Below, one piece after another: positions 38,618-47,963 of a stretch of 64,000 nt of DNA (its first letter is position 1; the number at the start of each line of letters is the position of its first letter). The stretch is taken from the NCBI GenBank assembly GCA_963832745.1, contig CAWHVC010000003.1, positions 672,001 to 736,000 on the forward strand, in the 5' to 3' direction. Position numbers and translations under genes: made by a program. A model generated the notes under the pieces. The model was not told where the DNA came from. It searched no databases and worked only from the letters and a program-made list of their open reading frames with translations. Source of the DNA: Candidatus Bathyarchaeota archaeon (GTDB lineage Archaea > Thermoproteota > Bathyarchaeia > Bathyarchaeales > Bathycorpusculaceae).

Positions 38618-38677
38618 ACCTACCCCCTATAGGTTTCTGCATAGAACCTCTAATAGGCGCCTAATAGGTTGGTAAAA
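38618..38677. repeat. Right half of the 13.6-kb element, beginning with core ACCTACCCCC
   Basis: ACCTACCCCCTATAGGTTTCTGCATAGAACCTCTAATAGGCGCCTAATAGGTTGGTAAAA aligns with 13642-13701. Confidence 0.88.
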
Positions 38678-38709
38678 GATTAAAAAATAAAAATTGGGTT
38701 TAGCTTAAT

Positions 38710-39627
38710 TTAGTACATTGAAACTAAATCGTTTGCGTAAGGCAAGCCTGCCCTTGCGCCCATTGCCGTTACGCTTCTGGCTGCTACAAAATTGCCTATT
38801 CTGCCGCACTCGTAGAGATTTATTTTATTGTCTAAGAGTCCGTAGAGAAAGCCTGCGTTGAAAGCGTCGCCTGCCCCCGTGGTGTCAACTGCTTGAACTG
38901 GAAAAGCATCGACTATGAACTGTTCTTGTCCATCCGTAACATAACAGCCTTTTTCGCCAAGTTTAACAGCTACGATTTTGACGCCCATTTCAAGTATGAA
39001 GTCTGCGCCTTTACGGTAGTCAACCTCGCCTGTTAACTCTTCAAGTTCCAAGGCGTTGGGCATAAACAGGTATGAGCTTCTAATCAGGGGTTCTATTGCA
39101 GTAAGGCCTTTTTGGGCATAGAGGGCGCCGGGGTCGAAGCTGACTTTAATGTTTTTTGGCAACATGCCTGCAAGCTTTTTCTGTGCACGGAACGGTCTAT
39201 CGCCAACAAACGATGAAAGATGCAGAAAACTGGTTTGGGCAATATACTCCAGATTGATTTCTCTTGATTCTAAGGTGTCGTTCACGCCGGGGTTAATGTA
39301 TAAGGCTCTTGCGCCTTTCTTATCGACAAACCCCAGACAGACGCCGCTTTTGCCCTTTTTTGAGTGAATAATGCCGTTAGTATCAACACCTTCACTGCTA
39401 AAACAGTCAATTTGTATTTGCCCTTCATGGTCGTCGGCGATTTTTCCGATAAAACCTGCTTTACATCCAAGCCTAGCTAAACCAACCATGGTGTTTGCTG
39501 CTGAACCACCGCACGCTTCGGTGTAGTTTTCGATGAAACTTTCTTCCTCTGGACCTGCAATGCGTTCAACTTTTAGGAGAGTATCAACGTTTAATGCGCC
39601 AAAACCTATTACGTCAAGTTTATTCAT
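38710..39627 (-). CDS. PfkB-family carbohydrate/nucleoside kinase (EhaT-like)
   Basis: GGSAANT, SFDPG, VKLGEKG, VDTTGAGDAF. Confidence 0.9.
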   Translation of the reverse strand: MNKLDVIGFGALNVDTLLKVERIAGPEEESFIENYTEACGGSAANTMVGLARLGCKAGFIGKIADDHEGQIQIDCFSSEGVDTNGIIHSKKGKSGVCLGFVDKKGARALYINPGVNDTLESREINLEYIAQTSFLHLSSFVGDRPFRAQKKLAGMLPKNIKVSFDPGALYAQKGLTAIEPLIRSSYLFMPNALELEELTGEVDYRKGADFILEMGVKIVAVKLGEKGCYVTDGQEQFIVDAFPVQAVDTTGAGDAFNAGFLYGLLDNKINLYECGRIGNFVAARSVTAMGARAGLPYANDLVSMY

Positions 39628-40554
39628 TTATAACATCTCACTGAATGGGATTTTGTATTGTCCAAGTTTGCCGCCGTAGTTGCCTGCTGAAATGCGTACG
39701 ACGCCTTCAACATCAAGCACTGCTCGGATTCCGGCTTTAATGGCTTTTTTAACTGCATCCTCGTTTACGCCGTCGATGACTAGTTCCGCTATATAGTTTA
39801 CCCCGTCTGGAACAAGGGATTCCTTACCCAACCTTGCTTTGAGCGATGGGCAGTAGACATGGTTAGTTGTGGGACCAATTTCCGGGAAACGGGTTTCAGG
39901 TTTGGAGCCTGCTGAGCAAACATCAAACGACGTGACTACGCCTGGAACCGTGTGCATTGCTGCAAGAGACTTTTTCCCAGCCTCTTTCAGCGCCTGCTTG
40001 GTTGTGCACATAACCCAAAAGTTGCCGCCCATAATACCACGGGCATAGCCGATGTAGTGTTCAATTATAAAGTCTGGAACCATCAAAGGCACAACGATAA
40101 CTTCTCTGCCATAACGTTGCTCTACCCATTCATAGCCGTCGCCGCAGTGACCGACACGCGGCATCATGTCCATTTTGCCTTCTGCGTTAGGCAGGGCGTC
40201 GAAAACTGCTGTGAATGGTTTAACCAAGATATCTTGACGGATTTTGTAAGAAAGCTCTTTCTCAAACTTTTCAAGACATTTCTCAAAGCCCTTTTTCTCG
40301 TTAAGTTCTCCCCAAAACTGTAAGATTGCGCCTACTCTGCCGTCTGGGGTTTCTTTTTCGGTGAGGTAGCGTTCTACTCCTCCTTCTGTTCTGCCAATAA
40401 CGACTGACGGGGTGGCTGTTGAATCGTTAGCTGCCGCAGTCAGTGTTTCCATGTCGTCCGCGGTTACGATTACGCGGCTAAAAATTCCCTGAAACGCTTC
40501 AACAAAGGTATCATCAATAGTAACTTTCTGATTCAATTTATCCAAGTCTCCCAA
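39628..40554 (-). CDS. ftr: Formylmethanofuran--H4MPT N-formyltransferase family protein (Ftr/EhaS-like paralog)
   Basis: [52 protein letters not shown]. Confidence 0.88.
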   Translation of the reverse strand: MGDLDKLNQKVTIDDTFVEAFQGIFSRVIVTADDMETLTAAANDSTATPSVVIGRTEGGVERYLTEKETPDGRVGAILQFWGELNEKKGFEKCLEKFEKELSYKIRQDILVKPFTAVFDALPNAEGKMDMMPRVGHCGDGYEWVEQRYGREVIVVPLMVPDFIIEHYIGYARGIMGGNFWVMCTTKQALKEAGKKSLAAMHTVPGVVTSFDVCSAGSKPETRFPEIGPTTNHVYCPSLKARLGKESLVPDGVNYIAELVIDGVNEDAVKKAIKAGIRAVLDVEGVVRISAGNYGGKLGQYKIPFSEML

Positions 40555-41617
40555 TAGCTACGCCACGAACCTTCTTTCGAAATTCGCTACTTTCAGTAAC
40601 TATTGAGTTCATATTTTCGCTTGTAACTATTTGAACCTTCGGCAACACATTCGAAGACCCAAATACTTGTTTAACCAACTCTGAACCTACTCTGGCGGAT
40701 TCCAACGCTGCTTGACTCCAAGTTTCCACTGCATTAATTGTCTGGTTCCTGCCTAACCGACAGAACATGTCGGTTATGGCAGCGGTTACAAGGTTGCTCT
40801 CCGATATTACAGCAACATCGGCATTTCTAACAGCATAACTGTTACCATTAAACGAAACCGCCAAACCCCCATTTTCCCGTACCAAACGGAATGCTTCAAC
40901 ATCTGTTATGCTGTCGCCAACATACATCACGTTCTCCAATCGCCCATTAAGACGTTTGACAACGTCGCGGATGGCTTCAGCTTTCTGTTCTCCTCCGACC
41001 GTAATAACGTCGCTGAGGGCTGTTCCGACAGTCATTTTAGGAATTTCAACCCAGAAAATCTCGTCCAGCCGTTTGATAAAGGCTTGGTCTTTTGCTGAAA
41101 AGTTTTTGAGGCTTTTAGCGTTTGCTGGAATCTCAATCAGGGGCATTTGACTGATTTCTTGCGCCATTCCCCTTAGTTGGTCTCTTTCTTGCGCCGTTAT
41201 GGGTGCCTTGTCGAGGCTGACCTTGGTGCAATACGTGTTTTTGTATGGAAAATCTACTGCTTTGCATAGCGCTTTAATGTAATGCTCATAACTGGTGCTA
41301 ACAATGTAGGCGTCAGCGATTGATTGAACATGCTTAAGTGTAGTTTGTGTGCCAGCGATTAGTATGATGTTTTCAGCAGAAAACTTTTCCATCTGCTGGT
41401 CAGTTAAGCCGTAAGCCTTCAAAAAAGGCAAAATCAACCTCAAAGTGCCGCCTGCACAGTAGCCTTTTTTCTTTAAAACATCCGCCAACACGTCATCGTA
41501 CCTGCTGACGTTGCAGAAGAAGGTGTCGCCGTTTGGAATAAAATTGGCAGCTAACTCGTAGGCGTTGTCGTTTTTTGAAATTGGTCCTTCACAGTCGGAA
41601 ACAAAGATGCTCTTCAC
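40538..41617 (-). CDS. HAD-superfamily hydrolase (EhaR-like)
   Basis: [13 protein letters not shown] (HAD motif I-like), [20 protein letters not shown]; GTG start at 41617 overlaps the purD stop. Confidence 0.75.
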   Translation of the reverse strand: MKSIFVSDCEGPISKNDNAYELAANFIPNGDTFFCNVSRYDDVLADVLKKKGYCAGGTLRLILPFLKAYGLTDQQMEKFSAENIILIAGTQTTLKHVQSIADAYIVSTSYEHYIKALCKAVDFPYKNTYCTKVSLDKAPITAQERDQLRGMAQEISQMPLIEIPANAKSLKNFSAKDQAFIKRLDEIFWVEIPKMTVGTALSDVITVGGEQKAEAIRDVVKRLNGRLENVMYVGDSITDVEAFRLVRENGGLAVSFNGNSYAVRNADVAVISESNLVTAAITDMFCRLGRNQTINAVETWSQAALESARVGSELVKQVFGSSNVLPKVQIVTSENMNSIVTESSEFRKKVRGVAIGRLG

Positions 41618-43029
41618 GCTTTGTTCCTCAGCTTGTCCATGTGGCTGATGCTTCTGGCAATGTGCTGCTGAGTTGCGATGTCTGTTCGGTTCCATAATCC
41701 GCCACCGCTGATGGCTCGGGCGCCTTCTTGACTAATTTGGCGTGCCTCTTCAATGCTGTCGCCGATGCCTAAAACGCCGACAGCCCGTGATTTCAAAGCG
41801 TAGTTTTTGCCGCTTCTGATTTCCATCGAACCTGGATAAACTCGTATTTTACTGCCATATTTTTTGGCTAACTCATAAGCTTTGGAAAGGTCAACTGGCG
41901 AATCAATGTCGGATTTAACAACTCTGTCGGGAAAAACGTTCATGAATCCGCCATAATCAGGTGGAACTTTGTAGGTTAAAACCGTGGCTGCTTTCTCTAA
42001 TCCGACACTTCCCAAGTTTCCCTCAATCATTTTATAGCACACATCGACAAAATCGTCCTTGATTATAGGGAAAAGGTTGATGCTTTCAGGGTCACCTGGA
42101 CGACTGTTAATTTCCAAAATTTTTGTGCCATGTCCCGTGTGCATAAACGCCAAGTACAAGGGTACTCCGCGGAGTGCTGTGGAATCGTTAATTTGTTTGC
42201 TCCAGCCATCAAACACTTTGTTTGCTAACGTAATCTCGTTTTGGTGTTCGGCCGCGGTTAAGAAGGGTAGTTTGTCGCCGACGTCTTTGTAGGAGCCCAT
42301 TCCGCCAGTGTTTGGTCCACGGTCATCGTCAAAAGCTCGTTTGTAATCGCGAGTTTCAGGGAGCGGTATAAAGTGTTTTCCGTCACAGAATGCCATGCAA
42401 CTGGATTCTTCGCCGTCAACTTTCTCTTCGATAATAACGGCGCTGTACTGGAAGTTAGACATAAAATGTTCAAACAGCTCTTCACGGTTGGCAAAATGGT
42501 CACCCCAGACGCCAACACCTTTGCCTGCTGCAGGTTTGTCGGGTTTAACTACGGCTTGATTGTCAAGTTCATCCAGCCATTTGTAAACATCCACTTTAAC
42601 CGCTGCTATGTCTTGGTAGTCTTTAGGGTCAAAAATTTTGAACCGCGGATTAGCTTCAGGAGCTATTTCTTCAAAAAGCAAGCGCTGTTTAACCTTGCTT
42701 TCTTCGATAGCGTAATCTTTTTTGGGGCAAACAACCGGAATGCCTGTTTCGGCTTCGATGAGGTCACGTAAGCCGTCAATAATTGGTTTTTCGGAGCCTA
42801 CAATTGCAAAGTCAAGTTTGTCTTTGTAGGTTTGTGCAAACCTGCATATGTCTTGGATGTTTAGATTGGGGATTACAACATGTTTCGTGGCTCTTTCAGC
42901 ATTGAAAGGGTTAAGCTGCTTGTCTGCAATGTAAAATTGCACTTTGTAGTTTTGGCTTCTCGCAAGCGCGTCAACCATGGCGGCTTCTCGTGCACCGTAC
43001 GAAACGACTAATACACCTATTGTTTCCAT
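41614..43029 (-). CDS. purD: Phosphoribosylamine--glycine ligase
   Basis: YGAREAA, VKPDKPAAGKGV, IEEKVDGEE, DYKRAFDDDRGPNTGGMGS, EINSRPGDPE. Confidence 0.9.
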   Translation of the reverse strand: METIGVLVVSYGAREAAMVDALARSQNYKVQFYIADKQLNPFNAERATKHVVIPNLNIQDICRFAQTYKDKLDFAIVGSEKPIIDGLRDLIEAETGIPVVCPKKDYAIEESKVKQRLLFEEIAPEANPRFKIFDPKDYQDIAAVKVDVYKWLDELDNQAVVKPDKPAAGKGVGVWGDHFANREELFEHFMSNFQYSAVIIEEKVDGEESSCMAFCDGKHFIPLPETRDYKRAFDDDRGPNTGGMGSYKDVGDKLPFLTAAEHQNEITLANKVFDGWSKQINDSTALRGVPLYLAFMHTGHGTKILEINSRPGDPESINLFPIIKDDFVDVCYKMIEGNLGSVGLEKAATVLTYKVPPDYGGFMNVFPDRVVKSDIDSPVDLSKAYELAKKYGSKIRVYPGSMEIRSGKNYALKSRAVGVLGIGDSIEEARQISQEGARAISGGGLWNRTDIATQQHIARSISHMDKLRNKA

Positions 43030-43067
43030 CCAATGACACCGTTTGATTGATAGGAAAGATTGGGGGC

Positions 43068-44567
43068 TTAATTTGCTTTTTTGCCGTCGGTATGTGTTTC
43101 TTCGACTTCGTAGATACGGTTTTTCTCCTCGTACCCTTTGAGGAACTTCTGTTTCATCTCGTCAGCCATTTTTTGAGCTAAAGGCGTTGGGTACTTGCCG
43201 GTAACACATGCCATGCAAAGCTGGTCTTGGTTTTGTCCGGTGGCTTCAATGAGTTTCTCGTGGGATTGGTAACATACGCCGTCTGCGCCTATGATTTTTG
43301 CGATTTCTTCTGGACTGTTTCTTGAGCCGATAAGTTGACCGTAAGTGGACATGTCAATGCCGTAGAAGCATGGTCCAATGATTCTTGGGAAAGTCACGAA
43401 AACGTAAACTTTTTTGGCGCCTGACTTGCGTAGTTTATCAATGATGACTTTGGTTGTATCTCCACGTACGATGCTGTCTTCACAGATTATAACATTTTTT
43501 CCAGCTACTTTGGAGCCTAAAATGTTAATTTTCTTGTCAATAGTTGAGAAACGTTCATTGTTAAGCAGGATGAAAGCTCGTTCGGTAACGTAACGGTGTC
43601 TCCTTGACGCTCGTTCCCACCGTAGCCCTGAAGCTTCATGAACACCCATGGCTGGGTCATCACCAGTTTCAGGTACGGAAAGAATGATATCGCATTCTTT
43701 TACAATATCGGGGTTTTCATAAACGATGTTTCTTCCAAAAGCTTCACGGATTTCGTAAACGTATTTACCGTTAAACCTTGAGTCTGGCCTTGCAAAGTAA
43801 GCGTATTCGAAAGCGCAAAAGGCATGCTTTGACTTTTCGATGATTTGTTGGCGGACAAAGCCGTCTTTTGTAGCGATTACTAGTTCGCCTGGAAGTAATT
43901 CAAAGTCGCGTTCAAGACTGTTCATGTCTAAACTGACTGTTTCAGACGAAAAAGCCACTGTCTGATGATCTTGGCTGTGTCCAGCGCATAAGGGTTTAAT
44001 GCCGTTGGGGTCTTTAAAAGCGAAAAAGGTTCCGTCATCTAAAATGCCTGTTACCGAAAACGCGCCGTCTAAACTTTCCATGACTCCACGTACGGCTCCG
44101 GCTAGGTCTTTTCCTTCTTTAAATCCAAGTAGGAGTTTGTGGCAGACAATGTCGGAGTCACAGGTGTAGTTGAAGTTTGAAAAGTTCTTGTACATTTCTT
44201 CTTTTAACTGTGAAGTGCTCACGATGTTGCCGTTGAATGATAATGCAAGTTTTATTTTGTCTGTTGAGCCGGTGACGGGTTGTGTTCCTTGAATTATTGA
44301 TGATTCGTCACATTTTCCTGAGGTTGTATACCTAACGTTTCCGATTCCGATTGAACCGGGGAGTCTTCCAAACCATTCGTTTATTGCTTTTGTTTTAATT
44401 TTTGGAACAAGGTCTAAGTTCTTGTAGCTGAAGAACTGGCCGTTGTTGTAGGTTAAAAAGCCGTGTGATTGGTGGCCTCGATGGTTTTGTGCTCGAAGTC
44501 CCCAGTAAACGAATGGGAAAACTGGTTGATTATTATAGTTTTTTACACCAAATATGCCGCAGCCTAT
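43068..44567 (-). CDS. purF: Amidophosphoribosyltransferase (full length, apparent ATA start)
   Basis: Hand translation extends the track ORF 115 codons upstream without a stop: (I)GCGIFG...NHRG...GNVRYTTSG...QP...NGNI; later CAFEYAYFARPDS, EDSIVRGDT, CFYGIDM, CMAC. Confidence 0.92.
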   Translation of the reverse strand: MGCGIFGVKNYNNQPVFPFVYWGLRAQNHRGHQSHGFLTYNNGQFFSYKNLDLVPKIKTKAINEWFGRLPGSIGIGNVRYTTSGKCDESSIIQGTQPVTGSTDKIKLALSFNGNIVSTSQLKEEMYKNFSNFNYTCDSDIVCHKLLLGFKEGKDLAGAVRGVMESLDGAFSVTGILDDGTFFAFKDPNGIKPLCAGHSQDHQTVAFSSETVSLDMNSLERDFELLPGELVIATKDGFVRQQIIEKSKHAFCAFEYAYFARPDSRFNGKYVYEIREAFGRNIVYENPDIVKECDIILSVPETGDDPAMGVHEASGLRWERASRRHRYVTERAFILLNNERFSTIDKKINILGSKVAGKNVIICEDSIVRGDTTKVIIDKLRKSGAKKVYVFVTFPRIIGPCFYGIDMSTYGQLIGSRNSPEEIAKIIGADGVCYQSHEKLIEATGQNQDQLCMACVTGKYPTPLAQKMADEMKQKFLKGYEEKNRIYEVEETHTDGKKAN

Positions 44568-45033
44568 GTTTGGTCCCTCTAAAGCAGTGTAAACGAAATG
44601 TAGTTGAAAAGGGGTTTATCAGCTTTTAGTACAAATTTGGCTAAAACTCATGGGGTTTTTTACATATCCTGCTGGATACTTGTTGGTGTTTGGCGTCGGC
44701 TTGTTTTGTTGTGTGTAAACTGTTGTACGGACAAAGGTTAAAAACGATTTTTCGAAGTATTATGGGTGGTTCGAAGAGTTTCGATTTTTTGCTTCGATAG
44801 TCAGTATATTGATTCGTAAGATATATTTTAAACACTAGAAAGTGAATATTGAATCTTACGACAGAAGGCATTTATAAGAAAAACGTCAAGTTGATTCCAA
44901 AGATGAGTCGGCGATGAACAAGAATATGAAAATAATCAAAATTAAAAATCAAAAACCGAAAAGACTCAAATTTGCGATTACAAACCCAACGGGCTCATCA
45001 CCCAACAATAAACCTAGGAGGTGAATGAAGACA

Positions 45034-45693
45034 ATGAACTACAACGTATTCCACAGATTAATGAAAAACCGCTATGCACTAAGCACAGTCGTCACCACCC
45101 TGATTATCCTCGTCATTTCAGTGCTACTCGCCAGCGTCGTAACTTACTTCGCCATCAACGTCGTAAGCACTCGTGTTCAGGAAGAAAGCTTAGCACTTAA
45201 CAAACAGCACATATGGCTACAACCCCGCAGCAGCACCAGGGACCCAGATTATTCATTAAGCATCACTAATGGTCGTTAACACTGGTGGCAGAGACATCGT
45301 AATTGACAAATTAGCAGTTAGAGGACAGGAAAGCCCCTGGAACGATGTCTGACGAAGATGGAAACGGTAAATTCGTAGTCTACTCGATCACAACAAACCC
45401 AATCTCTGAAGATATGGGATTCGTTGGAACATTCACCACCACTCCAGTAGCCCCTGAAGGTGAGCCAGCAGCTGATGACGACAACGTAGTCGTGTTCGGT
45501 GCATCAAACTATCTAATGCGTGTAACAGATAACGACTTGTCCTTCCATCAGGAACACAATGATCCTCTACATAATCAACCCAGACTCAATCACAATCAAC
45601 GACATTGGCCTAACAGTCAGCATCACACTATACACAGCACAAGCAATGTACTACCGAGAAGCAAACGTCCAAGCATACACAGCATTAGCATAA
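45034..45693 (+). pseudogene. Type IV pilin copy 1 (several indels; may be intact in vivo)
   Basis: KNRYA|LSTVVTTLIILV class III-like signal; NTGGRDIVIDKL and PDSITINDIGLTV...QAMYYREANVQAY recovered in shifted frames; GGAGGTGA SD. Confidence 0.8.
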
Positions 45694-45750
45694 ACATAAA
45701 ATCCCCTCTTCTTTCGTTTTATTTTTTCTTTTAAGTGTCATAGATTTTTC

Positions 45751-45775
45751 TTACACACAAGTTTACTTATTCCAA
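45751..45775 (+). promoter_or_regulatory. Conserved upstream motif TTAC(A/G)CACAA, 58 nt before the pilin 2 start
   Basis: Same motif at 46537, 47297 and 48072. Confidence 0.55.
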
Positions 45776-45808
45776 ATTAACGTTAAGTGCTTTTTAAAGT
45801 GAAAATCT

Positions 45809-46401
45809 ATGAGAAAGTCTACTTAGAAATCGTTTGGCTTTAAGTACAGTTGTTACAACTCTAATTATACTCGTTGTTTCAGTGTTGCTCGCTGGTGTCG
45901 TAACCTACTTTGCTATCAATGTTACTAGTACTCGTGTTCAGGAAGAAAGCTTGCATCTTACCAAGCAACATGTTTGGTACGATGAGAGCCCACAGTGAAT
46001 CTGTTGCAGCTATTATGATCATTAATACTGGTGGTCGTGATGTTGTCATTGATAAATTAACAGTCAGAGGCCAAGAAGTGGCATGGGCAGGAAATCCACA
46101 AAAAGTCTACTACGCAATCACTACTGAATCAATATCAAGCGACCTTATATTCCACACATCAGCTCAACTTGCAGTCGAGGGTGGAATAGATCTAAAGGTT
46201 GACTTAACAGAACTCCAAGCAGTAACAAAACTCGGTGCAGCAGCAAGTGACTTAACTTTGCCATCAGGTCAAACAATGATCATCTACATTACAAGTCCTG
46301 ACAGCATCACAATCAACGACATTGGTCTAACAGTTGCAGTCACAGTTTTCACAAGCCAGGCTATGTACTATAAAGAAACTAACGTTCAAGCATACGTCTA
46401 A
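45809..46401 (+). pseudogene. Type IV pilin copy 2 (two +1 frameshifts)
   Basis: 5' ~160 nt identical to copy 3 except an extra A after ATGAGA; second extra base near 45990; C-terminus PDSITINDIGLTVAVTVFTSQAMYYKETNVQAYV. Confidence 0.85.
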
Positions 46402-46419
46402 TCCATTTAAGTTATCCTT

Positions 46420-46442
46420 CCCCCCCACACTTTCTTTTCTTT
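46420..46442 (+). terminator. CCCCCCCACACTTTCTTTT putative terminator after pilin 2
   Basis: Nearly identical motif after copies 3 and 4; oligo-T tract. Confidence 0.55.
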
Positions 46443-46521
46443 GCACTAAAATTTTTTTGTTTATTTAATTCAAACTAGTTTATTCTTTGATTCTAAAGCT
46501 ACTCTAAAACTTCTGTGCTGC

Positions 46522-46561
46522 TTGTTGTAAATTATTTTACGCACAAATTATCATATCCAAA
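46522..46561 (+). promoter_or_regulatory. Imperfect palindrome TTGTTGTAAA-TTAT-TTTACGCACAA upstream of pilin 3
   Basis: TTACGCACAA 56 nt before the ATG; same arrangement upstream of copy 4. Confidence 0.55.
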
Positions 46562-46592
46562 ACTATCGTACTTGTTTTTAAAGTGAAAATCT

Positions 46593-47186
46593 ATGAGAAG
46601 TCTACTTAGAAATCGTTTGGCTTTAAGTACAGTTGTTACAACTCTAATTATACTCGTTGTTTCAGTGTTGCTCGCTGGTGTCGTAACCTACTTTGCTATC
46701 AATGTTACTAGTACTCGTGTTCAGGAAGAAAGCTTACACCTTACCAAGCAACATGTTTGGTATGATGCGGATGGCGAAATGTCTCAAGCAGCTATTATGA
46801 TCATTAATACTGGCGGTAGAGACGTAGTCATTGACAAGCTTACAGTTCGAGGCCAAGAAATTACTTGGGCAGGTGCCAACCAAAAAGTTTTCTATGCAAT
46901 CACAACTCAATCAATCTCTGAAGATTTACCATTCCTAGTCTACGACCCAACAGCAGACCCAGTAGAAGACATGGCTGACGGTGACCTTACAGGCGTAGGC
47001 GACGGAAACATTGTTATTGCAGCGGCAACAAGCGACATAACTTTACCCTCAGGACAAACATTGATAGCTTATATTCAAAGCCCTGACAGCATTACCATTA
47101 ACGACATTGGCTTAACAGTTGCTATTACAGTGTTTACTAGCCAAGCGATGTACTATAAAGAAACTAACGTACAAGCATACGTCTAA
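46593..47186 (+). CDS. Type IV pilin copy 3 (only intact copy in this assembly)
   Basis: RNRLA|LSTVVTTLIILVVSVLLAGVVTYFA hydrophobic helix, INTGGRDVVIDKLTVRG; pilin-like rather than archaellin-like N-terminus. Confidence 0.88.
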   Translation: MRSLLRNRLALSTVVTTLIILVVSVLLAGVVTYFAINVTSTRVQEESLHLTKQHVWYDADGEMSQAAIMIINTGGRDVVIDKLTVRGQEITWAGANQKVFYAITTQSISEDLPFLVYDPTADPVEDMADGDLTGVGDGNIVIAAATSDITLPSGQTLIAYIQSPDSITINDIGLTVAITVFTSQAMYYKETNVQAYV

Positions 47187-47203
47187 GTCAAATAAACTAA
47201 AAT

Positions 47204-47224
47204 CCCCCCCACACTTTCTTTTTT
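47204..47224 (+). terminator. CCCCCCCACACTTTCTTTTTT putative terminator after pilin 3
   Basis: Repeated motif with oligo-T. Confidence 0.55.
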
Positions 47225-47281
47225 ACATAATTTTAAGTTTGATTATCTTAGTTTGGTTTGATTTTTAATTCAAATCTGTTT

Positions 47282-47322
47282 TTGTTGTAGAATTTTTTAC
47301 GCACAAATCATCTTATTTCAAA
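47282..47322 (+). promoter_or_regulatory. Imperfect palindrome TTGTTGTAGAATTTTTTACGCACAA upstream of pilin 4
   Basis: TTACGCACAA 57 nt before the ATG. Confidence 0.55.
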
Positions 47323-47353
47323 TTATCCTACATTGTTTTCAAGTGAAATTAAA

Positions 47354-47925
47354 ATGAGAAAGTCTACTTAAAAATCGTTTGGCTTTAAGTACAGTTGTAA
47401 CAACTCTAATTATCCTCGTTGTTTCAGTGTTGCTCGCTGGTGTCGTCACCTACTTTGCAATCAACGTCACTAGTACACGTGTCCAGGAAGAAAGCTTGAC
47501 ACCTAACCAAACAACATGTCTGGTATGATGAAAATACCGACACGATGCAGCAATTATGATCATTAATACTGGCGGTAGAGACGTAGTCATTGATAAAGTA
47601 TCAGTCGAGGCCAAGAAGTGGTATGGGCAATGTAACACAAAAGTTTACTATGAAAGCACTTCAGCATCAATCTCCGCAGATCTTGACATGTAGCCAAAGC
47701 AACTTAACGCAAAGGTACCTAAACGCACAATCGGTTAGGTCGCGATACATTGGTGACTAAGTCCTGCAGCAGATGACTTAACACTCCATCAGGCAAACAA
47801 TGATACATCTACATCCAAAGCCCAGACAGCATCACAATCAACGACATCGGCTTAACAGTTGCAATCACAGTCTTCACAGCCAAGCAATGTACTACAAAGA
47901 AACCAACGTTCAAGCAGCTAAATAA
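47354..47925 (+). pseudogene. Type IV pilin copy 4 (many indels)
   Basis: Pilin N-terminus at DNA level with the same extra A after ATGAGA; ends QAMYYKETNVQAAK-stop; no ORF-track call on +. Confidence 0.8.
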
Positions 47926-47942
47926 GGTAATCATAAAAAGAA

Positions 47943-47963
47943 CCCCCCCACACTTTCTTTTTT
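47943..47963 (+). terminator. CCCCCCCACACTTTCTTTTTT putative terminator after pilin 4
   Basis: Repeated motif with oligo-T. Confidence 0.55.

Noticed and set aside
39628-40554. Ftr as evidence of methanogenesis or a Wood-Ljungdahl gene cluster
   Set aside because: No fwd, mch, mtd, mer, mtr or mcr genes in the window; the context is purine biosynthesis.
44641-44871. 76-aa minus-strand ORF between purF and the pilin array
   Set aside because: AT-rich divergent promoter region, no recognisable features, and separated from purF by a stop.
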